From positions 13,458 to 77,457 of the forward strand of contig CAWBRA010000008.1 in assembly GCA_963791105.1 (NCBI GenBank): a DNA stretch of 64,000 nucleotides, in the 5' to 3' direction. Made by a program: the position numbers and the translations under genes. Shown here in pieces: positions 20,448-30,182 of the stretch (positions are counted from its first letter, which is position 1; every line of letters begins with the position of its first letter). The DNA comes from an uncultured Actinomycetota bacterium (lineage in GTDB: Bacteria; Actinomycetota; Actinomycetes; Propionibacteriales; Nocardioidaceae). The notes under the pieces were generated by a model that was not told the origin of the DNA, searched no databases, and saw only the letters and a program-made list of their open reading frames with translations.

Positions 20448-20529
20448 CGAGGCGGAGCCGAGACGTCGGAAACGAACAGGAGGAGCGCAGCGGGGGATGT
20501 TCGGCTTGCGACATCTCGGCGACCACCAC
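20448..20529 (+). repeat. Long-form copy of the repeat family inside the HNH pseudogene
   Basis: CGAGGCGGAGCCGAGACGTCGGAAACGAACAGGAGGAGCGCAGCGGGGGATGTTCGGCTTGCGACATCTCGGCGACCACCAC, only a few mismatches from 19437-19517. Confidence 0.85.
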
Positions 20530-20637
20530 ACGCCGACGGCGACGGCGCAGCCTGACCCGGCCCGAGAGCTCAGCCAGAGGGAATCCTCCGCTGCCGAACG
20601 CGCGGTCCACCTCCACACGCTTTCCGAGCCTCGGCGC

Positions 20638-20720
20638 GTGGGGTCCCCGACGCGTCCCAAGCCGTACATCCTCCGCTGCGCTCCCCCTGTCCGTTTGTGA
20701 CGAGTCGGCTCCACTTCCGG
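20638..20720 (-). repeat. Inverted long-form copy of the repeat family
   Basis: The reverse complement reads CCGGAAGTGGAGCCGACTCGTCACAAACGGACAGGGGGAGCGCAGCGGAGGATGTACGGCTTGGGACGCGTCGGGGACCCCAC. Together with 20448-20529 it forms an inverted pair spanning about 270 bp. Confidence 0.8.
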
Positions 20721-20931
20721 CTCACGCCGGAAACGAACTCCACCATCGCAAGCACTTCAGCCGAGGCGGCCGCACCGACCAGGCCAACGCCGTCCCGCTG
20801 TGCTACTTCCACCACCAACGCATCCACGACCCCGAGTTCCACCATCTCGACGAACCCGGCGGCACGATCAGCTTCCGCAGGCGCGGGTGAGGTCCGCGGA
20901 CTTGTCGGTGCCGGCTGCGACAGTGCTGGGC

Positions 20932-22071
20932 ATGGACATCCTGCTTCCCCTCCTGACCCTGGTGATCGGCACGCTGCTCGGGGCCGTCGCGGTGCTGGTG
21001 TGGTCACGGCGCGCGGGTGACCCCGACGTGTTGCGCGCGCTGTCAGCGCGTGGGGAGGACCAGGCCGTGCTGCGGGACGGCCTGGACCGCCTCCACGAGC
21101 GCCTGATGGACGTCGAGCAACAGCGCGCGTCCTGGCAGGGGCAGCTGCGTCAGCAGGTCTCGGACATGCGGCACAGCACCGATCTGCTGCGCAAGGAGAC
21201 CGGCGCGCTGTCCACGGCGCTGCGCAAGCCGCACGTGCGCGGGCAGTGGGGCGAGCTGCACCTGCGTCGCGCGGTGGAGCTGTCCGGCCTGGTGGAGCAC
21301 TGCGACTTCGACGAGCAGGTGCACATCCAGCGCGAGGACGGCAACCACCGACCCGACCTGGTGGTGCGGCTGGCCGGCGGACGGTCCGTGGTCGTGGACG
21401 CCAAGGTCCCGCTCGACGCGCAGCTGGACGCCCTGTCGACCGATGACCCCGAGGAGGCGGAGGCCCACCTGCGCCGCCACGTGCGTCAGGTCCGCACCCA
21501 CGTGGACACCCTCGCCAGCAAGGCCTACTGGCGCTCGATGCCTGGGGCGCCGGAGTTCGTGGTGATGTTCGTGCCGGCCGAGTCGTTCCTGGCCACCGCG
21601 CTCGACACCGACCCCTCGCTGCTGTCGTACGCCGCTGGGAAGGACGTGGTGATCGCCACCCCGACCACCCTGATCGCCCTGCTCCGCACGATCGCGCACG
21701 GCTGGACCACCGAGGTCCTCGCGGAGCGGACCCGGGAGATCCACGAGCTCGGCCGCGAGCTGCACTCTCGGCTGGGCGTGATGGGCGGCCATCTCGACAA
21801 GGTCGGTCGCTCGCTCAAGGGTGCTGTCGACGCCTACAACAGCGCGATCGGCTCGATCGAGAGCCGGGTGCTGGTCACCGCACGTCAGTTCGAGGACATC
21901 GGTGTCACGCGCGACCACATCGCCGGTGTCGAGCCGGTCACGCACGTTCCGCGACCACTCACGGCCGCAGAGCTGCTCGACGCCGTGGCCGAGGAGCGTG
22001 CCGAGCTCCCGGCGTCCAGCGGCGTGTCGCCCGGCGAGTCCCCCGGCGAGTCGCGCAGATCCAGCGCCTGA
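20932..22071 (+). CDS. rmuC: DNA recombination protein RmuC
   Basis: N-terminal TM, coiled-coil, then GQWGELHLRRAVELSGL...VVVDAKVPL...EFVVMFVPAESF. Confidence 0.9.
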   Translation: MDILLPLLTLVIGTLLGAVAVLVWSRRAGDPDVLRALSARGEDQAVLRDGLDRLHERLMDVEQQRASWQGQLRQQVSDMRHSTDLLRKETGALSTALRKPHVRGQWGELHLRRAVELSGLVEHCDFDEQVHIQREDGNHRPDLVVRLAGGRSVVVDAKVPLDAQLDALSTDDPEEAEAHLRRHVRQVRTHVDTLASKAYWRSMPGAPEFVVMFVPAESFLATALDTDPSLLSYAAGKDVVIATPTTLIALLRTIAHGWTTEVLAERTREIHELGRELHSRLGVMGGHLDKVGRSLKGAVDAYNSAIGSIESRVLVTARQFEDIGVTRDHIAGVEPVTHVPRPLTAAELLDAVAEERAELPASSGVSPGESPGESRRSSA

Positions 22072-22123
22072 AGCGGCCTACCTTGAGCGGGTGAGTGCAC
22101 CCACCCTGTGGGAAGAAGGCCGG

Positions 22124-22666
22124 ATGTCGGGCAGCCGAGTGCTGCGGTTGGCGATCCTGGCCGGCTCCGTGGTGCTCGTTCTCGACCTGGCCCTGGACCA
22201 GCGCCTCTCGCTGATCTTCGACATCGGCTTCGTCGCGGTGTGCCTCGGCGCCGCCCTGGCCGTGCGCCCACGAGACTTCTTCGTCGTCGGGGTGCTTCCG
22301 CCACTGCTCCTGCTCGGCTTCATCACCGTGGTGGGCGTGGTGCACCGGACCTGGGTCGCGGACCCGGGAGACGGCCTGGTCCAGGCGGTCGTCTCCGGGC
22401 TGGCCCACCGGGCCAGCGGGCTGCTGACCGCCTACCTGCTGGTGCTGGCCGTGCTCGCGATGCGCCAGCACGTCGCGGCCAAGCGTCGCGCCCAGGCACG
22501 CGCCGCCAGCGCCGAGGATCTCGGGGAGGCGGCTCCCGGCTACGAGAACCGCGAGGCATCCCCGGCGCCGAGCCTGGCCACCACGGGCGGGCCGTCGGAG
22601 AGGTCGACCACGGTGGTGGGCTCCGAGCCGCACTCACCGGAGTCGATCACCGCGTCCAACCAGTGA
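22124..22666 (+). CDS. Integral membrane protein (hypothetical)
   Basis: Four predicted TM segments (LRLAILAGSVVLVLDLAL, IFDIGFVAVCLGAALAV, and others). The low-complexity tail runs 127 nt antisense into the next gene. Confidence 0.55.
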   Translation: MSGSRVLRLAILAGSVVLVLDLALDQRLSLIFDIGFVAVCLGAALAVRPRDFFVVGVLPPLLLLGFITVVGVVHRTWVADPGDGLVQAVVSGLAHRASGLLTAYLLVLAVLAMRQHVAAKRRAQARAASAEDLGEAAPGYENREASPAPSLATTGGPSERSTTVVGSEPHSPESITASNQ

Positions 22667-23160
22667 TCGAGCTCCTCCTTGATCTGCCAGCCGTCGGTCA
22701 GTGGCTCGTCCTCGCCCGGCATCAGCAGGGTGCTGGACAGCAACGGCTCGCCCAGCCCGTCCAGCAGGGCCTGCACCACCGGGTGATCCGGGATCCGCAC
22801 TCCGACGGTGCGCTTCTTCGGGTGCATCAACCGCTTCGGCACCTCGCTGGTCGCCGGCAGGATGAACGTGTAGGCCCCCGGGGTCGCGGCCTTCACCGCC
22901 CGGAACGCCGCGTTGTTCAGGTGCACCAGCTGACCCAGCTGCGCGAAGTCGCGGCACACCAGCGTGAAGTGGTGCTTGTCGTCGAGCTTGCGCAGGTTCT
23001 TGATCCGGTCGAGACCGTCCCGGTTCCCGAGCTGGATGCCGAGGGCGTAGCAGGAGTCGGTCGGATAGGCGATCAGTCCGTCGTCCCGCAGCAGCTCGAC
23101 CACCTGGGAGATCGCGCGCGGTTGCGGGTCGACCGGGTGGACGTCGTAGTAGCGCGCCAC
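22540..23160 (-). CDS. L-threonylcarbamoyladenylate synthase family protein (YciO/YrdC/Sua5-like)
   Basis: AYPTDSCYALG, HFTLVCRD, PGAYTFIL and KRTVGVRIPDHPV. Confidence 0.85.
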   Translation of the reverse strand: MARYYDVHPVDPQPRAISQVVELLRDDGLIAYPTDSCYALGIQLGNRDGLDRIKNLRKLDDKHHFTLVCRDFAQLGQLVHLNNAAFRAVKAATPGAYTFILPATSEVPKRLMHPKKRTVGVRIPDHPVVQALLDGLGEPLLSSTLLMPGEDEPLTDGWQIKEELDHWLDAVIDSGECGSEPTTVVDLSDGPPVVARLGAGDASRFS

Positions 23161-23164
23161 CGGG

Positions 23165-24175
23165 CTACTCGCCGGTGCGGGCTTCGGCCGCCTTGCGCAT
23201 GTCGCGGCGCAGCTCGGGAGGCAACGCGAAGATCAGCGACTCCTCGGCCGTGTGCACGGCGACGGCGTCCGGGTAGCCGCGCTCGGTGAGGAACGCGAGC
23301 ACCCCGTCGACCAGGTCCTCGGGGACCGAGGCGCCCGAGGTGACACTCACGCTGTTGACGCCCTCGAGCCAGGACTCGTCGATCTCGCCGGCGTCGTCGA
23401 CGCGGTAGGCCGCCTTGGCACCGGCCTCGAGCGCGACCTCGGCCAGCCGCACCGAGTTCGAGGAGTTCGCCGACCCGACCACGATCACGAGATCCGCAGC
23501 GGGGCTGATCTCCTTGACCGCGAGCTGGCGGTTCTGGGTGGCGTAGCAGATGTCGTCGCTCGGCGGGTCGAGCAGCTTGGGGAAGCGGCGGCGGATCGCG
23601 TCCACCGTCGCCATCGTCTCGTCGACCGACAGCGTCGTCTGCGACAGCCAGGCCACCTTCTCCGGGTCGCGGACGACGATCCCGTCGACGTCGTCCGGGC
23701 TCTGCACCAGCTGGATGTGCTCGGGGGCCTCCCCCGCCGTGCCCTCGACCTCCTCGTGCCCCTCGTGACCGATCAGCAGGATGTCGTAGTCGTCCGAGGC
23801 GAACCGGCGTGCCTCGTGGTGCACCTTGGTCACCAGCGGGCAGGTGGCATCGATCGTCTTGAGGTTGCGAGCCGCCGCCTCGTCGTGGACCAGTGGCGAC
23901 ACGCCGTGGGCGGAGAACACCACCGTCTCCCCCTCGGGGACCTCGTCGAGCTCCTCGACGAAGACGGCTCCGCGTGACTCGAGGTCGGCGACCACGTGCT
24001 TGTTGTGCACGATCTGCTTGCGCACGTAGACCGGCGCCCCGTAGAGGTCCAGCGCCTTCTCGACGGTGATCACGGCCCGGTCCACTCCGGCGCAGTATCC
24101 GCGGGGCGCAGCGAGGCGGACGGCGCGCTCGGCCTCGTCGGGGGTGAGGACGCTCGGCGTACCCAGTGAAGTCAT
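23165..24175 (-). CDS. ispH: 4-hydroxy-3-methylbut-2-enyl diphosphate reductase
   Basis: [32 protein letters not shown] and [10 protein letters not shown]. Confidence 0.92.
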   Translation of the reverse strand: MTSLGTPSVLTPDEAERAVRLAAPRGYCAGVDRAVITVEKALDLYGAPVYVRKQIVHNKHVVADLESRGAVFVEELDEVPEGETVVFSAHGVSPLVHDEAAARNLKTIDATCPLVTKVHHEARRFASDDYDILLIGHEGHEEVEGTAGEAPEHIQLVQSPDDVDGIVVRDPEKVAWLSQTTLSVDETMATVDAIRRRFPKLLDPPSDDICYATQNRQLAVKEISPAADLVIVVGSANSSNSVRLAEVALEAGAKAAYRVDDAGEIDESWLEGVNSVSVTSGASVPEDLVDGVLAFLTERGYPDAVAVHTAEESLIFALPPELRRDMRKAAEARTGE

Positions 24176-24212
24176 GCCACCAATCGTAGGGGCCTGCCCT
24201 TAGGGTCACCGC

Positions 24213-25472
24213 ATGGCCATGGAGACCTCGCCCGAGCATCCGGCGCCGGTGCGCCAGATCAACCAGGCGATCGGTCAGTGGGTCGACCGCCTCGGTGCCG
24301 TGTGGGTCGAGGGCCAGGTCACCCAGATCAGCCGACGCGGCGGGATGAACACCGTCTTCCTGACCCTGCGCGACAAGCTCGCCGACATCAGCATCGGCGT
24401 CACCTGCAACCGCGGGGTGGTCGACTCGCTGCCGACGCCGCTGGTGGAGGGCGCCCAGGTCGTCTGCCACGCCAAGCCGTCGTTCTACGCCAACCGCGGG
24501 ACGATGTCGCTGGCCGTGCGCGAGATCCGCCTGGTCGGTGAGGGCGAGCTGCTGGCCCGCCTGGAGCGACGACGACAGCTCCTGGCCGCCGAGGGTCTCT
24601 TCGCCACCGAACGCAAGCGCTCGCTGCCGTTCCTGCCCCGCAACGTCGGACTGGTCACCGCTCAGAGCTCCGCGGCCGAGCGCGACGTCCTCGAGCACGC
24701 ACGGCGTCGCTGGCCAGGGGTGCAGTTCACGGTGAGGTACGCCGCGATGCAGGGCATGCACGCGGCCCGGGAGGTGATCGCGGCGCTCGAGGTGCTCGAC
24801 CGTGACCCCGAGGTGGACGTGATCGTGATCGCCCGCGGCGGCGGGTCGGTGGAGGACCTGCTGCCGTTCTCCGACGAGGCGGTGGTCCGGGCGGTCTTCG
24901 CGGCGACCACCCCGGTCGTCTCCGCGATCGGGCACGAGCCCGACTCCCCGATCCTCGACCTGGTGGCGGACGTGCGCGCCTCCACCCCCACCGACGCCGC
25001 CAAGCGGATCGTCCCCGATGTGGCCGAGGAGGCCCAGCGGCTGCTGCAGGTGCGCGAGCGTGGCCGACTGGCCGTGCGGACCGTCATCGAGCGCGAGCTG
25101 CACCAGCTGGCGGCGTTGCGGTCCCGGCCGGCCCTGGCCGACCCGAGGTCTGGACTCGCCGAGCGCGCGCTCGAGATCGACGCCTACCGCGACCGGGCCA
25201 GGCGCACCTTCCGACACCGGCTGGACCGCGGCGCGGACGACCTGGTCCACCAGGTCGCAAGAATCCGCGCCCTGTCCCCGCTGGCCACGCTGCGCCGGGG
25301 CTACGCGGTGCTCTCCGACGCGGACGGCGCGGCGCTGTCGAGCGTCGCCTCGCTGGAGCCGGGCCACGAGATCCACATCCGGGTGGCCGACGGCCGCATC
25401 GGCGCCACCACGACCACGGTCGACCGGATCGACCTGATGACCGCCCACGACGACGAGGACGACGATGCCTGA
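24213..25472 (+). CDS. xseA: Exodeoxyribonuclease VII large subunit
   Basis: OB-fold N-terminus [11 protein letters not shown], plus [12 protein letters not shown] and SAIGHEPD. Confidence 0.9.
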   Translation: MAMETSPEHPAPVRQINQAIGQWVDRLGAVWVEGQVTQISRRGGMNTVFLTLRDKLADISIGVTCNRGVVDSLPTPLVEGAQVVCHAKPSFYANRGTMSLAVREIRLVGEGELLARLERRRQLLAAEGLFATERKRSLPFLPRNVGLVTAQSSAAERDVLEHARRRWPGVQFTVRYAAMQGMHAAREVIAALEVLDRDPEVDVIVIARGGGSVEDLLPFSDEAVVRAVFAATTPVVSAIGHEPDSPILDLVADVRASTPTDAAKRIVPDVAEEAQRLLQVRERGRLAVRTVIERELHQLAALRSRPALADPRSGLAERALEIDAYRDRARRTFRHRLDRGADDLVHQVARIRALSPLATLRRGYAVLSDADGAALSSVASLEPGHEIHIRVADGRIGATTTTVDRIDLMTAHDDEDDDA

Positions 25473-25674
25473 AGAACTCTCCTACGAGGATGCCCGCGAC
25501 CAGCTGATCGAGGTCGTGCGCACGCTCGAGCAGGGCGGGACGAGCCTGGCCGAGTCCCTGGCGCTCTGGGAGCAGGGCGAGGAGCTCGCGAAGACCTGCC
25601 AGCGGGCCCTCGAGGGGGCACGCGCCCGGCTGGACGCCGCACTCGGCGACGACGGCGCGGACCGACCGACCTGA
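25465..25674 (+). CDS. xseB: Exodeoxyribonuclease VII small subunit
   Basis: 69 aa, [37 protein letters not shown]. Overlaps the xseA end. Confidence 0.85.
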   Translation: MPEELSYEDARDQLIEVVRTLEQGGTSLAESLALWEQGEELAKTCQRALEGARARLDAALGDDGADRPT

Positions 25675-25719
25675 CGCCCCCCGAAGAGCACCAGGTCGGT
25701 CTGTCCCTGGGCCGGTCGC

Positions 25720-26631
25720 CTACCCGGCCGTTGACTGCACGACAGCCAACGTAGAACGGAACTGCGAGGCGGCGCCTGCCGAGTTCGGGTGGGCCGGCAC
25801 GGCTGCGGCGGGCCCGTTGACCGAGACCACGCCGAGTCCCTCGACGTAGCGCGTGGTGGCGGGCGAGCAGACGTGGTGCCCGAGCGAGGGTGTGTAGGTG
25901 TCCACGAGCTCCGCGCCACCGGCGGCCGCGGCTCGCTGCACCATCGCGTTCAGCTTCTGGAAGGTCGCGTAGAGATAGGCCATGTCCTCGTCGCTCGCCG
26001 GCACGGTCGGGTAGCAGCCCGTCTCGGGGATGCCGGCGAGGTAGTCGAGCATCAGCACGCGCGCGGCCGGCGAACGCCGGTGGATCTCCTGCAGCGCCGC
26101 GACCAGCTTGGGCTCGGACGCGTCGATCTGCTCAGCGAGGCGGTCGCGCCCCCCGGCGGTGAACTTCTCCTTGCAGTGCGCCCCTCCGGGCAGCGGGCTC
26201 AGGCAGTCCATCGCTGCGCCGGCGAACCCCGCGTCGTTGCCGCCGATGCCCACCGTGACCAGGTCGGTCGTGGCGGTCAGCCGGTCGAACTGGGCCGGGT
26301 TCGTCTCCCCGGTCGGCAGGTCGGTCTGCGGGGCGTAGAAGTCATCGGTCTTGGCCGACCCGCAGGTCGCGTCCCGGAACACCGGCACCTTCAGCTCGGC
26401 AGCCAGCAGCTTGGGGTAGTTGCGGTGCGACTGGGCGCAACCGGCCGGCGCGTAGGTCGAGTCGGGTGGTCCGTCGGTGTCGGCGACGACGACGTCGGCC
26501 GACCAGGAGTCACCGAGGGCGACGTACTCCTGGTAGCCGTCCGAGGCGGCATCGGCGGTCGGGACGGCGGCGCCGAACGGCGCCAGGACCACCACGACGG
26601 CTGCGGCCAGGCTCGCTACGGACGTGTGCAC
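25720..26631 (-). CDS. Secreted SGNH/GDSL-family hydrolase
   Basis: Signal peptide, [10 protein letters not shown] (block I Ser), VGIGGND and a C-terminal HPN. Confidence 0.8.
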   Translation of the reverse strand: MHTSVASLAAAVVVVLAPFGAAVPTADAASDGYQEYVALGDSWSADVVVADTDGPPDSTYAPAGCAQSHRNYPKLLAAELKVPVFRDATCGSAKTDDFYAPQTDLPTGETNPAQFDRLTATTDLVTVGIGGNDAGFAGAAMDCLSPLPGGAHCKEKFTAGGRDRLAEQIDASEPKLVAALQEIHRRSPAARVLMLDYLAGIPETGCYPTVPASDEDMAYLYATFQKLNAMVQRAAAAGGAELVDTYTPSLGHHVCSPATTRYVEGLGVVSVNGPAAAVPAHPNSAGAASQFRSTLAVVQSTAG

Positions 26632-26684
26632 AAGGACCTCCCGGGATCGGCTCTTCCTGGTTCAACGCACGAGTGCGCCAGAGG

Positions 26685-27308
26685 TCACTCTCCGGGCTGC
26701 AGGGGCCGGCCCTCGAGGGTGCCGGCGAACTCGCGGATCGTGGCCGGGGGCGCCGTGCCGACGACCAGCCACGACTCCACGGTCTCGTCGCCACTGCGCA
26801 GCGACCGCGCGACCGCGTAGTCCCCGCCCGCATCGGTCCAGGTCTGCCAGGTCTCCCCGGCGATGGTCACGTCCGCGCCGCGCTCGGCGTCCCGGTCGAC
26901 GTGCTCGGTGACCAGGTCCTCGATGCCCGCCCGCGCCTCCTCGACGCCGACGTAGTTGCGGTCGGCGGTGAGCGTGCCCAGGTGCCAGGTCGGCTGCACC
27001 CCCCGGTCGTACGACGCACTGGTCGCGACCCAGCCCGCGGGGAGCCGCTCGGGGGCCATCACCAGCAGCTTCGCGTCGGCGCGGGCTCCCTCGACCACGA
27101 GGGTGTAGTCCACCGCACGGACCGGTGTCGGCTCGTTGTCGCGGGTGATCGCACGGAACGCGGTGAAGGCCAGCACCGCCAGCACGGTGACGATCATTGC
27201 GCCGATCAGGCCACCGGAGCTGCGCGGATAGCGGGCGCGCGCCGGCGCTGCCCCGGAACGTGCGGGTTCGTCCGCACCGCTGGCTGGGGGCTGTCCCGAC
27301 TCGCTCAT
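26685..27308 (-). CDS. DUF4245-like membrane-anchored protein
   Basis: Single TM ([19 protein letters not shown]) and the usual position divergent from glpX in actinobacteria. ATG at 27308. Confidence 0.6.
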   Translation of the reverse strand: MSESGQPPASGADEPARSGAAPARARYPRSSGGLIGAMIVTVLAVLAFTAFRAITRDNEPTPVRAVDYTLVVEGARADAKLLVMAPERLPAGWVATSASYDRGVQPTWHLGTLTADRNYVGVEEARAGIEDLVTEHVDRDAERGADVTIAGETWQTWTDAGGDYAVARSLRSGDETVESWLVVGTAPPATIREFAGTLEGRPLQPGE

Positions 27309-27350
27309 GGTCCCATCCTGCCAACCGGTGTTGCGGTTACCATCACTGCC

Positions 27351-28376
27351 ATGTCTGAGAGTCAGGTCACCGACCCCCTGTCCGTCGCACCCACCTACCC
27401 AGACCGCAACCTGGCCCTCGAGCTGGTCCGGGTGACCGAGGCCGCAGCCATGGCCGCCGGCCGCTGGGTCGGCAGGGGTGACAAGAACGGTGCCGACGCG
27501 GTGGCCGTCAACGCCATGCGCGTGCTGATCTCGACCGTGGGCATGCGCGGCACGGTCGTCATCGGAGAGGGCGAGAAGGACAACGCCCCGATGCTGTTCA
27601 ACGGCGAGGAGGTCGGCGACGGCGACGGGCCCGAGTGCGACGTCGCCGTGGACCCGATCGACGGCACCACGCTGACCGCGAAGGGCATGGCAAACGCCAT
27701 CGCGGTGCTGGCCGTCGCACCGAGGGGCACCATGTATGACCCGTCCGCGGTGTTCTACATGGAGAAGCTGGTGACCGGCCCGGCTGCGGCCGACGTCGTC
27801 GACATCCGCTACCCGATCGCCGAGAACATCCACCAGGTCGCCAAGGCCAAGGGCAGCAAGCCCGAGGACGTGACCGTCGTGCTGCTGGACCGGCCTCGGC
27901 ACGAGCGGATGGCCGAGGAGATCCGGGCGACCGGAGCCCGCATCAAGTTCATCACCGACGGCGACGTGGCCGGCGCGATCATGGCGGCGCGCGAGGGCAC
28001 CGGCATCGACCTGCTGCTCGGCATCGGCGGCACCCCTGAGGGCATCATCGCGGCCTGCGCGATGAAGTGCCTCGACGGCGTCATCCAGGGCCGGCTGTGG
28101 CCGACCGACGACGAGGAGCGGCAGCGCGCCATCGACGCTGGCCACGACCTCGACCGGGTGCTCTACACCAACGACCTCGTCTCCGGGGACGACTGCTTCT
28201 TCGTCGCCACCGGCATCACCGACGGCGAGCTGATGGAGGGTGTGCGCTACCGCGCGGGTGGCGCCTCGACGCACTCCCTGGTGATGCGCTCACGCAGCGG
28301 AACGATCCGCTCAATCCGGTCGGAGCACAAGCTCAGCAAGCTGCGTGCCTATGCCGACGTCGACTTCGACCACTGA
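27351..28376 (+). CDS. glpX: Class II fructose-1,6-bisphosphatase
   Basis: [40 protein letters not shown] and GIGGTPEGI. Confidence 0.92.
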   Translation: MSESQVTDPLSVAPTYPDRNLALELVRVTEAAAMAAGRWVGRGDKNGADAVAVNAMRVLISTVGMRGTVVIGEGEKDNAPMLFNGEEVGDGDGPECDVAVDPIDGTTLTAKGMANAIAVLAVAPRGTMYDPSAVFYMEKLVTGPAAADVVDIRYPIAENIHQVAKAKGSKPEDVTVVLLDRPRHERMAEEIRATGARIKFITDGDVAGAIMAAREGTGIDLLLGIGGTPEGIIAACAMKCLDGVIQGRLWPTDDEERQRAIDAGHDLDRVLYTNDLVSGDDCFFVATGITDGELMEGVRYRAGGASTHSLVMRSRSGTIRSIRSEHKLSKLRAYADVDFDH

Positions 28377-28389
28377 ACGGGCCGACAAC

Positions 28390-29304
28390 ATGATCGTGGT
28401 GGCGGGAGAGGCACTCGTCGACGTCGTCGTCGACCAGGACGGTGACACCAGCGAGTCCCCCGGCGGTTCTCCGCTCAACGTCGCCGTGGGTCTCGCCCGC
28501 CTCGACGTGGCGACGACGCTGCTCAGCCAGGTCGGGCACGACGAGCGCGGCGGCCTCGTCGTACAGCACGTGAGGGCGAGTGGCGCCGAGATCACCGGAC
28601 CGCCCACGTCCACCGGCCTGACCTCGGTCGCGGTGGCGCGGCTCGACGAGAGCGGTGCCGCGAGCTACGACTTCGACATCGAGTGGACGCTGCCTCGCCA
28701 GGAGCTGCCGACCTGCCGGGCGCTGCACGTCGGGTCCCTCGGCACGCTGCTCGAGCCGGGACGCGCCAGCGTGGTCGACCTGGTCGAGCAGGCGGCCTCT
28801 CGCGACGTCTTCGTCAGCTACGACGCCAACGTGCGGGAGTCGTTCATCGACGACCGCGAACGCGCCCGCCGTGAGGTCCAGGAGCTCGCCGCCCGGTGCA
28901 CGCTGGTCAAGCTCAGCGACGAGGACGCCGACCTGCTGGACCCGACCACGGACCCCGACGACTTCGCTCGGGGCCTGCTCACCGGAGAGCGCACCGCCAT
29001 GGTGGTGCTGACCCGGGGACCCGACGGCGCCACCGCCTTCACGGCCCACTGCGAGACCAGTGCCCGGCCCCGACCGGTCGAGGTCATCGACACCGTCGGC
29101 GCCGGTGACGCCTTCATGGCAGCGACACTCGCCCAGCTCTCGGACCTCGACGCCTTCGACCCGCTCGGTCCGGGCATTCCGAGCCGGGAGGAGGACCTGC
29201 TGCGTCTGCTCCGGGGTGCCATGGAGGTCGCCGCGATCACCTGCGAGCGGCGCGGTGCTAACCCGCCACGGCGGCAGGAGCTTCCGGCCGGTTGGCCCGG
29301 CTGA
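28390..29304 (+). CDS. PfkB-family carbohydrate kinase (fructokinase-like)
   Basis: MIVVAGEALVD, GGSPLNVAVGLARL and DTVGAGDAF. Confidence 0.8.
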   Translation: MIVVAGEALVDVVVDQDGDTSESPGGSPLNVAVGLARLDVATTLLSQVGHDERGGLVVQHVRASGAEITGPPTSTGLTSVAVARLDESGAASYDFDIEWTLPRQELPTCRALHVGSLGTLLEPGRASVVDLVEQAASRDVFVSYDANVRESFIDDRERARREVQELAARCTLVKLSDEDADLLDPTTDPDDFARGLLTGERTAMVVLTRGPDGATAFTAHCETSARPRPVEVIDTVGAGDAFMAATLAQLSDLDAFDPLGPGIPSREEDLLRLLRGAMEVAAITCERRGANPPRRQELPAGWPG

Positions 29305-30100
29305 GCTGCTGCGCACGCAGCGCCGCCAGCACGTGGTCCATCACGTCCGGATCGACGGCCATGCCGCAGTGGCTGGTGCGGACCTCGACGTGGGTCGCGG
29401 CCGGGTCGAGGCACGCACGCCAGTCGACGATGCCGTCCCGCTTGCTGTAGATCGCGGTGAAGCCGAGCCCCGTTTCGATCGGGTGCTGGCTCTCCTCCCA
29501 GCTCAGCCGGGCGCAGTCGCCGCCGAAGCAGTCCGCACCCATCATCCCGCCGAATCCGGCGCGGGCCAGCCTGCTCAACATCAGGGCGTCCCAGGCGAGG
29601 ACCTTGTGCACCGCCCCGGGTGCGAGCACGGGACTCCCCAGGCTGACGATCCCCTCGACCAGGTCAGGTCTGCGTGCGGCGAGTCCTCGGGCGAGCATGC
29701 CGCCCAGGCTGTGCCCCACGATCGTCACCTTGCGACCACGACGGACCGCGATCCCCTCCAACCGACGCTCCAGCCGGTCGGCCGCCTCCCGGGTGCAGCC
29801 GGCGTTGACCCGGATCTGCGCGCGGTAGGTGCGAAAGCCCTGGTCCCGCAGGAACCCCGACATCGCGCCGAGCGTCGTGTCCCCCGCCATGAAGCCCGGC
29901 ACCAGCAGGACCGGGTCGTGGGCGGGCACGCGGTGGCTGCCGGCGTACGGCAACCGCGACCGGACTCGTCGGTCGGCGCGCGTGCGGCGGACCAGCCTGG
30001 CTGCCTCGACCACGGTGCTGACCTCCCGGGCGAGCGAGCGCACGCCACTGGGCCCGTCGAAGCCTGCGGGCAACAGGAACGACCCGATCGGTGAGCTCAC
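29258..30100 (-). CDS. Alpha/beta hydrolase (lipase/esterase-like)
   Basis: GHSLGG nucleophile elbow. The 3' end overlaps the kinase gene by 47 nt (convergent). Confidence 0.7.
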   Translation of the reverse strand: MSSPIGSFLLPAGFDGPSGVRSLAREVSTVVEAARLVRRTRADRRVRSRLPYAGSHRVPAHDPVLLVPGFMAGDTTLGAMSGFLRDQGFRTYRAQIRVNAGCTREAADRLERRLEGIAVRRGRKVTIVGHSLGGMLARGLAARRPDLVEGIVSLGSPVLAPGAVHKVLAWDALMLSRLARAGFGGMMGADCFGGDCARLSWEESQHPIETGLGFTAIYSKRDGIVDWRACLDPAATHVEVRTSHCGMAVDPDVMDHVLAALRAQQLSRANRPEAPAAVAG

Positions 30101-30182
30101 CCTGACGACGGTAGCGTTATCGACGCGTTGGTTACCAGATGTTCATTGATCCTTTAACGAACTGGAATGCGAGGCTCGTCTG

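Larger units (their letters stand above)
19630..20890 (+). pseudogene. DUF222/HNH endonuclease (13E12-repeat-like) pseudogene
   Basis: The DUF222-like N-terminus is in one frame to about 20150. IEPDQAAVDAHENDLIRTEEATARDACSLTFHDNDDGTTTGHFTIPTLAAAVLRKV is in a second frame. IESMTAPRRMRASEQ...LLEHLPT is back in the first frame. The HNH tail ELHHRKHFSRGGRTDQANAVPLCYFHHQRIHD is in the third frame. The segment between 20437 and 20733 is occupied by repeat copies. Confidence 0.8.

Noticed and set aside
26466-28376. 636-aa ORF apparently extending glpX far upstream (with similar N-terminal extensions on 10920..12836, 15813..16784, 16193..17326, 32250..33476 and 58757..60181)
   Set aside because: The upstream portions overlap genuine opposite-strand or preceding genes and have nonsense composition. 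Internal starts with an RBS or 4-nt overlaps give proteins of canonical length.
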